Below are positions 41,900 to 52,608 of a stretch of 64,000 bases of DNA, piece after piece; the first letter of the stretch is position 1; every line of letters begins with the position of its first letter. The notes below the pieces were generated by a model, which was not told where the DNA came from, did no database searches, and saw nothing but the letters and a program-made list of their open reading frames with translations. The translations under genes were made by a program, and so were the position numbers. The stretch is from Gammaproteobacteria bacterium (lineage in GTDB: Bacteria; Pseudomonadota; Gammaproteobacteria; UBA4575), in assembly GCA_965221955.1 (NCBI GenBank), contig CBDCTA010000014.1, forward strand, positions 1 to 64,000, read 5' to 3'.

Positions 41900-42818
41900 A
41901 TGAGTTGGTTAGAGAAATTAATGCCTTCGCGTATCCGCACAGAAGGCACGAGTAAGCGCAAAGTTCCAGAAGGCTTGTGGGATAAATGCCTAAGCTGTGG
42001 TGCAGCTTTATATCGTCCCGACCTAGAGCGAAATTTACAAGTCTGTCCTAAATGCAATCACCATATGCGTATTGGCGCACGTGTTAGACTTTTAGCATTG
42101 CTAGATGAAAATAATTTAGAAGAGATTGCTGAGAATATTGAATCTCAAGATTTTCTAAAATTCAAAGATAGCAAGAAATATAAAGATCGCTTAACCGCAG
42201 CGCAAAAGGCCACTGATGAAAAAGAGGCTTTAGTCGCATTCAAAGGTAGTATAAAAGATTTACCACTTGTAGCAGCAGCTTTTGATTTTAATTACATGGC
42301 GGGAACCATGGGTTCTGTTGTAGGAGAAAAGTTTTTGCGTGCAGCACAAGTTGCCGTAAGTGAACAAATACCAATGGTATGTTTTTCGACTAGTGGTGGA
42401 GCGCGTATGCAAGAGGCGCTGATGTCGCTTTTCCAAATGAGTAAAACAAGTGCAATATTAGAGCGTATGCGTGAACAAGGTTTGCCTTATATCTCTAGTA
42501 CTTACAGACCCAACTACTGGGGGGGTTTCTGCAAGCTTAGCGATGTTAGGTGATCTAAATATTGCTGAGCCAAATGCCCTGATTGGTTTTGCAGGGCCTA
42601 GAGTAATTCAACAGACTGTACGAGAAACCTTACCTGAAGGCTTCCAAAGAAGTGAATTTTTGCTTGAGCATGGCGCACTCGATATGATTGTCGATCGGAA
42701 AGATATGCGAGATCAGCTGCACGAGTTACTCAGCATACTTACACATGTAGAAATTACGCAACAAGATACATCGATAGAACAAAGAAATTCTGACACACAA
42801 GATCAGAGTGAAAATTAA
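41900..42818 (+). CDS. accD: Acetyl-CoA carboxylase carboxyltransferase beta, split by a +1 frameshift near 42497
   Basis: Zn finger (WDKCLSC...VCPKC), SGGARMQE, then [13 protein letters not shown] in the next frame; one extra base in atc-tct-A-gta-ctt. Confidence 0.92.
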
Positions 42819-42970
42819 AACTATAAAAATAATAATAAAATTTTAGTTATAAACGCTTTATAACTATTTAACTACCACTGCAATCCATATTTAATTCTTT
42901 ATTTATATTGAGATTTAAATATCTCTGAAAATATTTATTAGGATTGCTTTGTTTTTCTATAGCAACTGTT

Positions 42971-44236
42971 ATGAGATTTAAACGTTTACAAGAATGGTTA
43001 GATTGGCAACAGACATTGCATTCTCAAAAAATTGAGTTGGGTCTTGAGCGTATAGCAGAAGTTGCGAATAGCATGGGGGTTATTCAACCCGAATATAAAA
43101 CGATCGTTGTTGCGGGTACGAACGGTAAAGGATCTATCGTTTCTATTTTAGAGTCTATTTACCATCATGCAGGTTATCGTGTTGGTGGTTATACCTCTCC
43201 ACATTTACTGCGTTACAACGAGCGCATACGAATTCGACAACATAATGTCGATGATGAAGCTTTGTGTAATGCCTTTGATAAAGTAGATCGTGCTCGAGGA
43301 GATACTAGTCTTAGTTATTTCGAATTTGGAACGCTTGCGGCCATGCAAATATTTAGTGAATCAGATTTAGATGTTGCGATTTATGAAGTAGGGCTAGGTG
43401 GGCGCCTTGATGCAGTGAATATACTCGATTCAGATTTAGCATTTGTTTCGAGTATAGGCATTGATCACGTGCAGTGGCTGGGCTCTACACGAGAATCTAT
43501 CGCTTATGAAAAAGCAGGTGTGTTTCGAGCGGAGCATTGTGCAGTATGCGGTGATCTTGATCCTCCTGATAGTCTGATAAATTATGCAACTGAATTGGGT
43601 ACAGAGTTATTGTTAGTTAATAAAGACTTCTCATACCAAAAGCATGACGACGACTCATGGTCATTTAACAGTGAAAAAGTAATTTGGGAAAACCTGCCTA
43701 TGCCAAATTTGCACGGTGATGTGCAACTTGGAAATACTGCGACTGCGTTAATGGGAGTGGCCTGTATAGATGAAATATTACCTGTAACCCGTGAAAGTAT
43801 AGACCGAGGTTTAGTTAACATCAGTTTGCCGGGTCGCTTTCAGCGCATTCAAGGCCCGTGCGAAATCATTCTAGATGTTGCGCACAATTTAGATAGTGCG
43901 GAAGTATTAGTAAAGAATCTTCAGGAATTACCCCCAGCAAAGAAAACCATTGCAGTATTTGCGGTGTTAGCAGATAAAGATATATGCGGCATTATAGAGT
44001 GTGTAGCAGGTGTTTTTGATGAGTGGCATATTTCACAATTAAAATCTGAACGAACCTTAGATAAGGAAAGCTTAAAAAAACAGTTAGGTGATAATTGTCC
44101 TGATTGTGTGATCTATTCTCATGACACCATATCTGAGGCCTATGACGCAGCTAAAAAAGATGTTGATAAGTCCATGCGCATAGTAGTATTTGGCTCATTT
44201 TTAACAGTAGCAGAAGTGCTAAGCCAAGAAGTATAA
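42971..44236 (+). CDS. folC: Folylpolyglutamate synthase/dihydrofolate synthase
   Basis: VAGTNGKGS, YTSPHL, EVGLGGRLDAVN, LDVAHN, VFGSF. Confidence 0.96.
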   Translation: MRFKRLQEWLDWQQTLHSQKIELGLERIAEVANSMGVIQPEYKTIVVAGTNGKGSIVSILESIYHHAGYRVGGYTSPHLLRYNERIRIRQHNVDDEALCNAFDKVDRARGDTSLSYFEFGTLAAMQIFSESDLDVAIYEVGLGGRLDAVNILDSDLAFVSSIGIDHVQWLGSTRESIAYEKAGVFRAEHCAVCGDLDPPDSLINYATELGTELLLVNKDFSYQKHDDDSWSFNSEKVIWENLPMPNLHGDVQLGNTATALMGVACIDEILPVTRESIDRGLVNISLPGRFQRIQGPCEIILDVAHNLDSAEVLVKNLQELPPAKKTIAVFAVLADKDICGIIECVAGVFDEWHISQLKSERTLDKESLKKQLGDNCPDCVIYSHDTISEAYDAAKKDVDKSMRIVVFGSFLTVAEVLSQEV

Positions 44237-44335
44237 TTTCGATATTACATAAATATGGGCCGTTAAAAGTGCAAGCTTATAAAACTGATGATGAGTACAG
44301 TGGTCTAAGCTTCTCCAATACTTAAGATAACTTTT

Positions 44336-44950
44336 ATGGAAACTACTTTAAAACAACGTTTGATTGGTGCAGTGGTGATCATTGCATTGGCGGTGATATT
44401 CGTGCCAATGATATTAGATGGTTCAGGTCGTGATGAGTCCGTAGCACTAAATATGGAAGTTCCACCCGAGCCAACCTTTACTTTTGAGAGTGAATTGCCC
44501 GACCCTAAAAAATTAGATGAACTGCCGCCAATAGAAAAATCTCCAGAACAATCTATAAAAACAAAAGCTTCTGAAGAAACGGCTTCTAAAACTGTAGAAA
44601 AACAGCCTAAAGAAGAAAATACAGCAACAGAAAAGCAGCCAGAAAAACAAGTTGCTACAAGTAGTCAGGTTGTTGATGCAACAGAAAATCATATTGAGAC
44701 CAATCCCGCATTAGCCGCATGGGCGGTTCAAGTTGCGGCTTTTGGTGAAAAAGATAAGGCAATTGCTTTACAAGACAAGCTATTAGCAAGCAATTTATCT
44801 GCTTTTACTGAACAGTCTGGTAAAGGCAACAAAATGATTTATCGAGTAAAAGTTGGCCCTGAGCTGAAGCGTGAAAACGCCGAGAAATTACGTGATAAGA
44901 TTGAAAAAGAGCATGGGCTGAAAGGTAGTTTTGTTACTAATCATCCTTAA
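44336..44950 (+). CDS. dedD: SPOR-domain cell division protein DedD
   Basis: KQRLIGAVVIIALAVIFVP, WAVQVAAF, YRVKVGP; folC-dedD-cvpA-purF synteny. Confidence 0.9.
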   Translation: METTLKQRLIGAVVIIALAVIFVPMILDGSGRDESVALNMEVPPEPTFTFESELPDPKKLDELPPIEKSPEQSIKTKASEETASKTVEKQPKEENTATEKQPEKQVATSSQVVDATENHIETNPALAAWAVQVAAFGEKDKAIALQDKLLASNLSAFTEQSGKGNKMIYRVKVGPELKRENAEKLRDKIEKEHGLKGSFVTNHP

Positions 44951-45013
44951 CTTAATAAGTAATGCTAAGGTTAGTTTCCGCATTACTCAGTAAACTCGAG
45001 TATAAAGACAGTT

Positions 45014-45580
45014 ATGGAATTATCTTGGATTGATATAGGGATTATTATCATTCTGTTGATTTCAATCGCTATAGCAATTTTTCGTGGTTTTGTGAAAGAA
45101 GCCGTTTCGCTTGCAAGCTGGATTGCTGCAATTTGGTTAGCCATGACCTTTTCACATCAAGTGGCGTTATTTTTGCCCACAAGTATTGATGAAGCCTCTA
45201 TCAGCTTGTCTCAGGCAGATGTCGAAGTAAGTAAATTGCGTGTAGGCATTGCTTTTGTGCTTATTATCATTGGTACTTTAATAGCGGGTGCTCTACTTAA
45301 TTATATTCTTAGCCATATCACTAAAAATCGTGCGCTACGAGGAATTGATCGACTCTTAGGTGGATTTTTTGGTTTTTTCCGTGGTACAGCAATTATCGTT
45401 CTACTTATTTTAGCGGCCTCTTACACAAATTTTCCGTTATCTGAAACTTGGAAGTCATCTCAGATTCTTCCTCCATTTGAATTATTGGCGAAAAAAGCAA
45501 TTGAAATTATGCCATCTGAATTTTCAAAATATTTCTCACTAGGTGAGCCTGATTTGCAAGCTTCCCATTATCATTTTTAA
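45014..45580 (+). CDS. cvpA: CvpA family membrane protein
   Basis: [24 protein letters not shown]. Confidence 0.92.
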   Translation: MELSWIDIGIIIILLISIAIAIFRGFVKEAVSLASWIAAIWLAMTFSHQVALFLPTSIDEASISLSQADVEVSKLRVGIAFVLIIIGTLIAGALLNYILSHITKNRALRGIDRLLGGFFGFFRGTAIIVLLILAASYTNFPLSETWKSSQILPPFELLAKKAIEIMPSEFSKYFSLGEPDLQASHYHF

Positions 45581-45597
45581 AATTATTGAGTCATAGT

Positions 45598-47103
45598 ATG
45601 TGTGGAATAGTAGGAATCGTTGCGAATAGCGCGGTTAATCAAGACTTATACAACGCATTGCTGATGTTGCAGCACCGAGGACAAGATGCTGCAGGTATAG
45701 TGACCTACGATAATGGCAGGTTGTTCCAGCGAAAAACGATAGGGTTAGTGAGTGACGTATTTCAAAGTCGTCACATGGAGCGTCTAAAGGGAAATATGGG
45801 GATTGGTCATGTGCGTTATCCAACTGCGGGAACTTCATCTTCAGCAGAGGCGCAACCTTTTTATGTAAATTCACCTTTCGGAATTTCACTAGGACATAAC
45901 GGTAATTTGATTAATGCCAAGCAGCTTAAAAAAGAGCTTTTCTTAGAAGATCGGCGTCATCTCAATACGGAATCAGACTCTGAAATTCTATTAAACGTCT
46001 TTGCGCATGAGTTAGCTAAGCAAGAATCTTTGCAATTACGTCCTGAAGATGTTTTTGAAGCCGTGCGAGGTGTGCACCGGCGTTGTAAGGGCGCTTATGC
46101 GGTGGTTGCCATGCTTACAGGTAGAGGCATTGTGGCATTTAGAGACCCAAATGGAATTCGTCCATTAGTATACGGTGTGCGAGAGTCCAAATATGGCATG
46201 GAGTATATTGTGGCATCTGAAAGTGTTGCATTAGATGTTTTGGGCTATAGTTTGGTTCGCGATATTTCACCAGGTGAAGCCATTTTTATTAATGAAAATG
46301 GAAAAATTTCTAGCCAACAATGTGCAACAGATGCTGTACATACACCTTGTATTTTTGAGTATGTATATTTTGCAAGGCCTGACTCAGTTATCGAAGATGT
46401 ATTTGTACAAAAAGCACGTATGCGCATGGGCCAATGTTTGGCGAAAAAAATTCTGCAAGAATGGAAGGAGCATGATATTGATGTTGTCATGCCGATTCCG
46501 GATACGAGTCGCACGACTGCAATTGAAATCGCTTATCTCTTAGGCGTGAAGTATCGTGAAGGCTTTATCAAAAACCGTTATATTGCCCGAACTTTCATCA
46601 TGCCCGGGCAAAAGAAACGCAAAAAATCTGTACGCCAAAAGCTTAACCCTGTAGGTCTAGAATTTCGGGATAAAAATATTCTACTCGTAGATGATTCTAT
46701 TGTACGTGGTACGACTTCACGTGAAATTGCGCAGATGGCAAGAGATGCAGGTGCCAGAAAAGTTTACTTTGCTTCTGCTTCGCCACCGGTTCGTTATCAA
46801 AATATTTACGGCATCGATATGCCTGCACGTAGTGAGTTTATTGCACATAATCGTAGTGTTGATGAAATATGCAAAGAAATTCAAGCTGACGGTTTAATTT
46901 ATCAAGATTTGAATGATCTAATCTGGTCTGTGCAACAGGGTAATTTGCGTTTAGAAAGATTTGATACTTCTGTGTTTAATGGTAATTATGTTACTGGCGT
47001 TGAGGAAGGTTATTTTGAAAGTCTTGAAAACTCACGCAATGATCAATCGAAGCAAGAACGCGAAAGAGAATATGCAGGGATTGATTTACATAATAGTAAT
47101 TAA
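45598..47103 (+). CDS. purF: Amidophosphoribosyltransferase
   Basis: [25 protein letters not shown]. Confidence 0.97.
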   Translation: MCGIVGIVANSAVNQDLYNALLMLQHRGQDAAGIVTYDNGRLFQRKTIGLVSDVFQSRHMERLKGNMGIGHVRYPTAGTSSSAEAQPFYVNSPFGISLGHNGNLINAKQLKKELFLEDRRHLNTESDSEILLNVFAHELAKQESLQLRPEDVFEAVRGVHRRCKGAYAVVAMLTGRGIVAFRDPNGIRPLVYGVRESKYGMEYIVASESVALDVLGYSLVRDISPGEAIFINENGKISSQQCATDAVHTPCIFEYVYFARPDSVIEDVFVQKARMRMGQCLAKKILQEWKEHDIDVVMPIPDTSRTTAIEIAYLLGVKYREGFIKNRYIARTFIMPGQKKRKKSVRQKLNPVGLEFRDKNILLVDDSIVRGTTSREIAQMARDAGARKVYFASASPPVRYQNIYGIDMPARSEFIAHNRSVDEICKEIQADGLIYQDLNDLIWSVQQGNLRLERFDTSVFNGNYVTGVEEGYFESLENSRNDQSKQEREREYAGIDLHNSN

Positions 47104-47104
47104 T

Positions 47105-47230
47105 TCAGGAAGCTCTGATTTACCCCAATACATCGTTAACATATGATCTCAATTTCATTCATGTATAAATACATACACTCGCTCATTTCGCCATATTTTG
47201 CCTCGTCTTAAAATAAATCAGATCTTCTGA
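47105..47230. repeat. About 125-bp MITE-like repeat, copy B
   Basis: TCAGGAAGCTCTGATTTA...TAAATCAGATCTTCTGA; shares internal TCATGTATA...ATACACT-CGCTC...ATATTTTGCCTC with copy A. Confidence 0.75.
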
Positions 47231-47238
47231 GACTTAAA

Positions 47239-47820
47239 ATGGTTTTTGGGTCTAACGAAAAAACAGCTGAAAAGCTGTTGCCAGTTTTACAGCAAGCCTG
47301 TGAACAATATCCACAACATGCAGAATACCCTGCTGCAATCGTTAAAGTGGGTGAACAAGCGCTTTATTTATTCATTGATAATAAATATTTTACAAAATAT
47401 TCTGTCTCGACATCACGGCACGGTGTGGGTCAACTAGAAGGGTCTTATCAAACACCTTTAGGGGTGCACTGCGTTAAAGAAAAAATCGGTGCATCGGCAA
47501 ATCTTGGTGAAATTTTTGTATCACGAGAACCTTGTAAGAGTATTGCGGTCATTGAGCACGATGCAGTTTGCACTGAAAAAGAGTGTATTACTTCACGCAT
47601 TTTATGGTTATCAGGTCTAGAGCAAGGTTTCAACAAAGGGCTAAATACTGAAGGTAAGTGTGTAGATAGTCATGATCGTTTTATTTATATCCATGGTACA
47701 CATGAGGAGGGATTGATTGGTCAAGCCGCTTCAATTGGCTGCGTGCGCATGAAAAATAAAGATGTCATAGATCTTTTTGATCATTTACAGCTTTCTTCTT
47801 TAGTAATCATTGAAAACTAA
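47239..47820 (+). CDS. L,D-transpeptidase (YkuD) family protein
   Basis: TPLGVH, ITSRILWL, IYIHGT...ASIGCVRM. Confidence 0.9.
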   Translation: MVFGSNEKTAEKLLPVLQQACEQYPQHAEYPAAIVKVGEQALYLFIDNKYFTKYSVSTSRHGVGQLEGSYQTPLGVHCVKEKIGASANLGEIFVSREPCKSIAVIEHDAVCTEKECITSRILWLSGLEQGFNKGLNTEGKCVDSHDRFIYIHGTHEEGLIGQAASIGCVRMKNKDVIDLFDHLQLSSLVIIEN

Positions 47821-47829
47821 GGTTGAAAA

Positions 47830-48624
47830 ATGCTTCCAGTATTTCAAACAGCGATCGATTGTTTATTGCTAAAAGATCCAAATGAAAAATGCCAAGCGGT
47901 ATTTACCTTTCAACAACGACTCGACTCAGAAAATGTGGATTTAAAAAATAAAATTGATGTTGGTGCAATTTGTATTCCTGGTCGGCCTGATGTGCCAACA
48001 CTTGTTGCCCCGCAAAATGTTCCACGACGTAAATTAGGTACTGAAGAAGGTCGTATAGCGTTAATTCATGCGATTACACATATTGAGTTTAATGCCATCA
48101 ACTTAGCTTTGGATGCCATGCTTCGTTTTCAAGATATGCCACTACAGTATTATAAAGATTGGATGCAAGTAGCAGTTGAGGAAGCGCAGCATTTCACAAT
48201 GTTACGCAAACGCTTACAGAAACTTGGTTGTGATTATGGAGACTTTGATGCACATAATGGTTTGTGGGAAATGGCCATGAAAACCCGTGATAATGTAATT
48301 GCGAGAATGGCGCTTGTTCCTCGTGTATTAGAAGCGAGAGGCTTAGATGTTACTCCCAATATGATGAAGCGTTTAGAAAGCCATGGCGATGATGAAACGG
48401 TAGAAATTCTAAAAATTATCTTTGAGCAAGAAATAGGGCATGTAGCGATAGGCAGTCGATGGTTTAATTATGCCTGCGCACAAGAAAATGTAGAGCCAGA
48501 AAAAACATTTCAGCGTTTACTCAATGAATATATGTCTGGCGAATTACGAGGCCCTTTCGAATTAGAGGCTCGCAAAAAAGCGGGATTTAGTAATGCTGAG
48601 TTAGAAGCTTTACGGAGTGTATAA
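47830..48624 (+). CDS. Ferritin-like DUF455 protein
   Basis: HAITHIEFNAINLALD, EEAQHF, LEARGLD, EIGHV. Confidence 0.9.
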   Translation: MLPVFQTAIDCLLLKDPNEKCQAVFTFQQRLDSENVDLKNKIDVGAICIPGRPDVPTLVAPQNVPRRKLGTEEGRIALIHAITHIEFNAINLALDAMLRFQDMPLQYYKDWMQVAVEEAQHFTMLRKRLQKLGCDYGDFDAHNGLWEMAMKTRDNVIARMALVPRVLEARGLDVTPNMMKRLESHGDDETVEILKIIFEQEIGHVAIGSRWFNYACAQENVEPEKTFQRLLNEYMSGELRGPFELEARKKAGFSNAELEALRSV

Positions 48625-48808
48625 GTATTCTGGTCAATTAGAAACTATCATTTTACTCAAAAAGGTTTAAGTATAAGAAGACAAATGAAAATACCTGCAA
48701 GGCTGGGATTAAAGAGTTAACTTATGGTCTGAATGGCATAGGTTAAATAAACTCTGACAACTTACACACCATATAGGTTAAGGTTTTCTCTATCGAGGCT
48801 AAGTATTG

Positions 48809-49531
48809 TTAGACACTGATTGTCTCAAGGTGCAAATTCTCTGGGGTGCAGATCAGCACACTTCCTCGCTCATACCAGTCTCCAAGTACAATTCTCTTAT
48901 ATTTAGCGCCATTGAGTGTGAATTCATGTTCGCCAGGACGATGGGTATGGCCATGAATTAAGCAGTCGACATTGTGTTTTTGCATCGTGTTTTCAACCGT
49001 CTGTTGATTCACGTCCATGATCTCTTCGGGTTTTTCTTGGGTCGCTGATTTGCTCTTATTGCGTAACCGTTCAGCAATTTTTAAGCGTTGTTTAACGCTT
49101 AACATCGATAAAGTTTTTTTTATAAATGGGTTGCGTGCTTTGGTGCGGTATTTTTGGTAAGCAATGTCATCGGTGCAAAGTGTGTCACCATGCATGATTA
49201 AAGTAGGCGTGCCATAGAGATCAATAACGGTTTCCTCTTGCAGAATTTTGCAATGTGTCTGTTTAGAAAAGCGTTTACCAATTAAAAAGTCACGGTTGCC
49301 ATGGATGAAATAAACTGGTGTACCGGTTTCACTGAATTTTTGAATTGCCTCGATCGCAAGTTCTAAACCAACTGCAGGGTCGTCATCACCAATCCAGTAT
49401 TCAAACAGATCGCCTAAAATATACAGTGCATCGACATTAGAATTGTCTTGTAAGAAACGACAAAAGGCCGCAACGATGTGCGGCCTTTTTTGATCAAGAT
49501 GTAAATCCGAGATAAATAAAGTTTGCGCCAT
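48809..49531 (-). CDS. lpxH: UDP-2,3-diacylglucosamine hydrolase
   Basis: FISDLHL, GDLFE, GNRDF, HGD, HGHTH; downstream of the cyclophilin. Confidence 0.95.
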   Translation of the reverse strand: MAQTLFISDLHLDQKRPHIVAAFCRFLQDNSNVDALYILGDLFEYWIGDDDPAVGLELAIEAIQKFSETGTPVYFIHGNRDFLIGKRFSKQTHCKILQEETVIDLYGTPTLIMHGDTLCTDDIAYQKYRTKARNPFIKKTLSMLSVKQRLKIAERLRNKSKSATQEKPEEIMDVNQQTVENTMQKHNVDCLIHGHTHRPGEHEFTLNGAKYKRIVLGDWYERGSVLICTPENLHLETISV

Positions 49532-49557
49532 TACCTCATTACTTATCGCGTTTAGAT

Positions 49558-50136
49558 TTACTCAACAACAGTCACTTTCTCAATGATAACCGTTTCAGAT
49601 GGCACATCTTGATAAGGTCCTTTTGTAGTGGTAGGCACATCTTTGATTTTATTCACCACATCCATGCCTTCCGTTACTTTTCCAAATACCGCATAGCCCC
49701 AGCCTTGTGGAGTTTCGCTACTGAAGTTTAAGAAATCATTGTCTTTAACATTGATAAAGAACTGCGCCGTTGCAGAGTGGGGATCTCCCGTTCTGGCCAT
49801 AGCGATGGAACCAACATCGTTCTTCAACCCATTATTGGCTTCATTATTAATTGGGTCATTAGTGGTTTTTTGACTCATGTCCTCAGTGAACCCGCCACCT
49901 TGGATCATGAAATTTGAGATCACTCGATGAAAAATCGTGCCATCATAAAAACCTTCTTTTGCATAAGTTAAGAAATTTGCCACTGTGTTAGGAGCGTTTT
50001 CAGCATCGAGTTCGAGCATGATCGTCCCGTGGTTTGTGTCCATTTTTACCATTGTAGTTTCTGCCTGAGAGTTAGTTGTAATCATGAAAAATGATATGAA
50101 TACGAACAGAAGAAGTTGCTTACGCAATGATTTCAT
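49558..50136 (-). CDS. Cyclophilin-type peptidyl-prolyl isomerase (PpiB/PpiA-like, N-terminal signal-like extension)
   Basis: [39 protein letters not shown]; RBS GGAGG before ATG at 50136. Confidence 0.93.
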   Translation of the reverse strand: MKSLRKQLLLFVFISFFMITTNSQAETTMVKMDTNHGTIMLELDAENAPNTVANFLTYAKEGFYDGTIFHRVISNFMIQGGGFTEDMSQKTTNDPINNEANNGLKNDVGSIAMARTGDPHSATAQFFINVKDNDFLNFSSETPQGWGYAVFGKVTEGMDVVNKIKDVPTTTKGPYQDVPSETVIIEKVTVVE

Positions 50137-50361
50137 TTCGCCTCCAATATGTTTGTGGGTGTGAATAATTTCATATATTGGTCTTGAAAACCAGCCATAA
50201 AGTTCATCCAAAAATTTTGCTGGGATACGCTATATAACGGGTTTGACCACATATATAGCTTAGTAAACACGTGTGGATCATTAGTGACATTGACCTAAGG
50301 AATCACTAACACGTATGATCCGCAATCGATCAGACCTGTTCATGTGGGTCATATCAAACAT

Positions 50362-50438
50362 CGGGGCATAGCGCAGTCTGGTAGCGCATCTGCTTTGGGA
50401 GCAGAGGGTCGGGGGTTCGAATCCCTCTGCCCCGACCA
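50362..50438 (+). tRNA. tRNA-Pro(TGG)
   Basis: CGGGGCA/TGCCCCG acceptor stem, anticodon arm TCTGC-TTTGGGA-GCAGA, GTTCGAAT T-loop, encoded CCA. Confidence 0.97.
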
Positions 50439-50915
50439 ATTTTCAACACCGCTCATCGTTTAATTACAAGTATTTACTGGCAAAACTTACGCACATCTTC
50501 TTTTTTAAATCGTTGATTTCTGGAGAGTGCTCCCATGCTGCTACCAGTGTGTCCAATATGGAGAGATTGAATCTAGTGAGTTTGAATGATTTTTGATCAT
50601 ATGGTATAGCACAGTCTAAATATTTAAAGTCTTATTACTACGAATAAATAAAGAATTTTATGTATACGTTGTTGCACTCTTAACTAGATTATTAATGTAT
50701 TTATTCATCTGTCGCTGTAGATTGTTCGCATACACCAAATATAGATAAAAATTACTGCAATTTGTGATTTAAGTTGAAACTAAATTTATTCATACGTTGA
50801 CTAATTTTTATGAAATTGCATCGCATACCTATTATTCGATTACTTGCATTATTACTCCTTGTAGGGCCTTTGCAGGCTAAGTAAATATTTACTTGTGGAA
50901 TTATGGCTGCGACAT

Positions 50916-51284
50916 TCATCGTTTTCTAGTACGTTGCCTTGAGTTTTTATTTATTGAATGAGGTCGATTTCCATTTTCGTTAATCCAGTCCGACAAGTCT
51001 TCCAAAATATGTAAAAGTTTGGGGTCAGGTAAGCAGTAATAAATAAATGCACCACGACGCTCGGGTCGAACTAAACCTGCTTCTCGCAAGGCGCGTAGAT
51101 GAAATGATACGTTAGTTTGTGACAAGCCCGTTGCTTCTACTACATCTGAAACGGGCCGACACTCTAACCCAAGACTGTAAAGAATCCGTAATCGATTTGG
51201 CTCCCCCAGTAATTTGAATATTGGGGTTAGATGCTTGACAGTATCCATAGATATGCGTGTAAACTCATATGTGTGGCGGCTCAT
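50916..51284 (-). CDS. ArsR/SmtB family regulator
   Basis: FKLLGEPNRLRIL, SQTNVSFHLRALREAGLV, RRGAFIYY. Confidence 0.92.
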   Translation of the reverse strand: MSRHTYEFTRISMDTVKHLTPIFKLLGEPNRLRILYSLGLECRPVSDVVEATGLSQTNVSFHLRALREAGLVRPERRGAFIYYCLPDPKLLHILEDLSDWINENGNRPHSINKNSRQRTRKR

Positions 51285-51374
51285 GTATTTGATACATTAT
51301 GATGTTAACGAAAAACCGTCAATACATCACTTATTCAAATTAGCTATCTTATTCAAATTGAGGAGGAGTTAATA

Positions 51375-52586
51375 ATGAAAAAGATATTCGTCAATTTACA
51401 GTACTTAGTATTACCAGTCTCACTTGTATTGACATTATTTGGTGTTGTAATCGGTGGACTTTGGGTTTGGACAGGACTGGCATTGCTTGTAGTAGCAATT
51501 GTTACCGATACGCTAGTAACTTCTCATACACAAGGGACAGGCTATGATAGTAATGGGAAGTCGTTAGCAAGCCCGATATTTCTTAATACTCTTTTGTATG
51601 GGGCTGTACCCCTCAACATAATGCTTTTTATCGCTGTTGCCTGGCGAGTGAATGAATACGCAACAGGTGTTCCAATAAATATTATTGAAGTCGGCGGCCT
51701 TACCATTCAACAAGGTACTACTGGGTTAGAACTTAACGGTGCAATGATGTCCGTAGCAGTTTGGTTGGGATTGACGATCAGTATTTGGCATGAGATTGGA
51801 CATCGAGGTGGGGTTAGTTTCGTTATTGCTCGCTGGATGATGGCATTTGTAGGGTCTGCTCATTTTCCATATGCACATATCTACGATCATCATCTAAGCC
51901 TTGGTTTAGAACGTGATCCAGCAACACCACCAAGAGGACGAAATGTGTTTACACATTTTATTCTTTCTTACTATGGGCAATGTAAATATCTTTTCAAATT
52001 TGAAAAAGATCGCCTTACCAAACTTAATAAGTCCTATATTTCATTGCAAAATGCTTGGATTCGTGGGTGGTTGATGTGCGTGCCGGTGATCGCTCTATTT
52101 TGGTTTGCAGGAGGATGGATAGGACTTGGTGTGCTGCTTTACCTTTGGGTAATTCCAAACTTTGAATTGGAAGCGTTGAATTATCTTGAACATTATGGAT
52201 TGATCCGTGAAGAAGGAAAACCGTATGGCCCAAGACATTCATGGTGTACTACAACCGCTTTTTCAGACATGCTGTTTTTTGAAATCGGACGACATTCAGA
52301 CCATCATGAACGTGGAGAAATAGAGTTTTGGAATTTGAAAAGCTTGGGCGCACCTAACATGGGAAAAGGCTATCTTCCCATGTTTGTATTGGCATTGATT
52401 CCTCCCTTGTGGCATCGATACATGAAACACGTATTGGCGGAATGGGATGAAAAGTACGCAACAGATGGAGAGCGACAAATTGCGAAAAAAATAAATAAAC
52501 AAATAGGCTATGAACTTGATCCATCCGAACGAAAGCATGATCGAGTTTATTTAATTGACGATACGAGGGGATTAGCTGGTGCGTAA
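51375..52586 (+). CDS. Membrane di-iron hydroxylase, AlkB/XylM family
   Basis: His boxes HEIGH, HIYDHH, NYLEHYG, RHSDHH plus DPAT; RBS GAGGAG. Confidence 0.88.
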   Translation: MKKIFVNLQYLVLPVSLVLTLFGVVIGGLWVWTGLALLVVAIVTDTLVTSHTQGTGYDSNGKSLASPIFLNTLLYGAVPLNIMLFIAVAWRVNEYATGVPINIIEVGGLTIQQGTTGLELNGAMMSVAVWLGLTISIWHEIGHRGGVSFVIARWMMAFVGSAHFPYAHIYDHHLSLGLERDPATPPRGRNVFTHFILSYYGQCKYLFKFEKDRLTKLNKSYISLQNAWIRGWLMCVPVIALFWFAGGWIGLGVLLYLWVIPNFELEALNYLEHYGLIREEGKPYGPRHSWCTTTAFSDMLFFEIGRHSDHHERGEIEFWNLKSLGAPNMGKGYLPMFVLALIPPLWHRYMKHVLAEWDEKYATDGERQIAKKINKQIGYELDPSERKHDRVYLIDDTRGLAGA

Positions 52587-52608
52587 TCACATATTTTTTG
52601 GCACATAA

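Noticed and set aside
42819-42943. Very AT-rich accD-folC spacer with short dyads
   Set aside because: Dyads are expected by chance at this AT content; no recognisable element.
48625-48808. Hairpin TAACTTATG...CATAGGTTA between convergent genes
   Set aside because: Single weak dyad with no match to the repeat families; at most a terminator.
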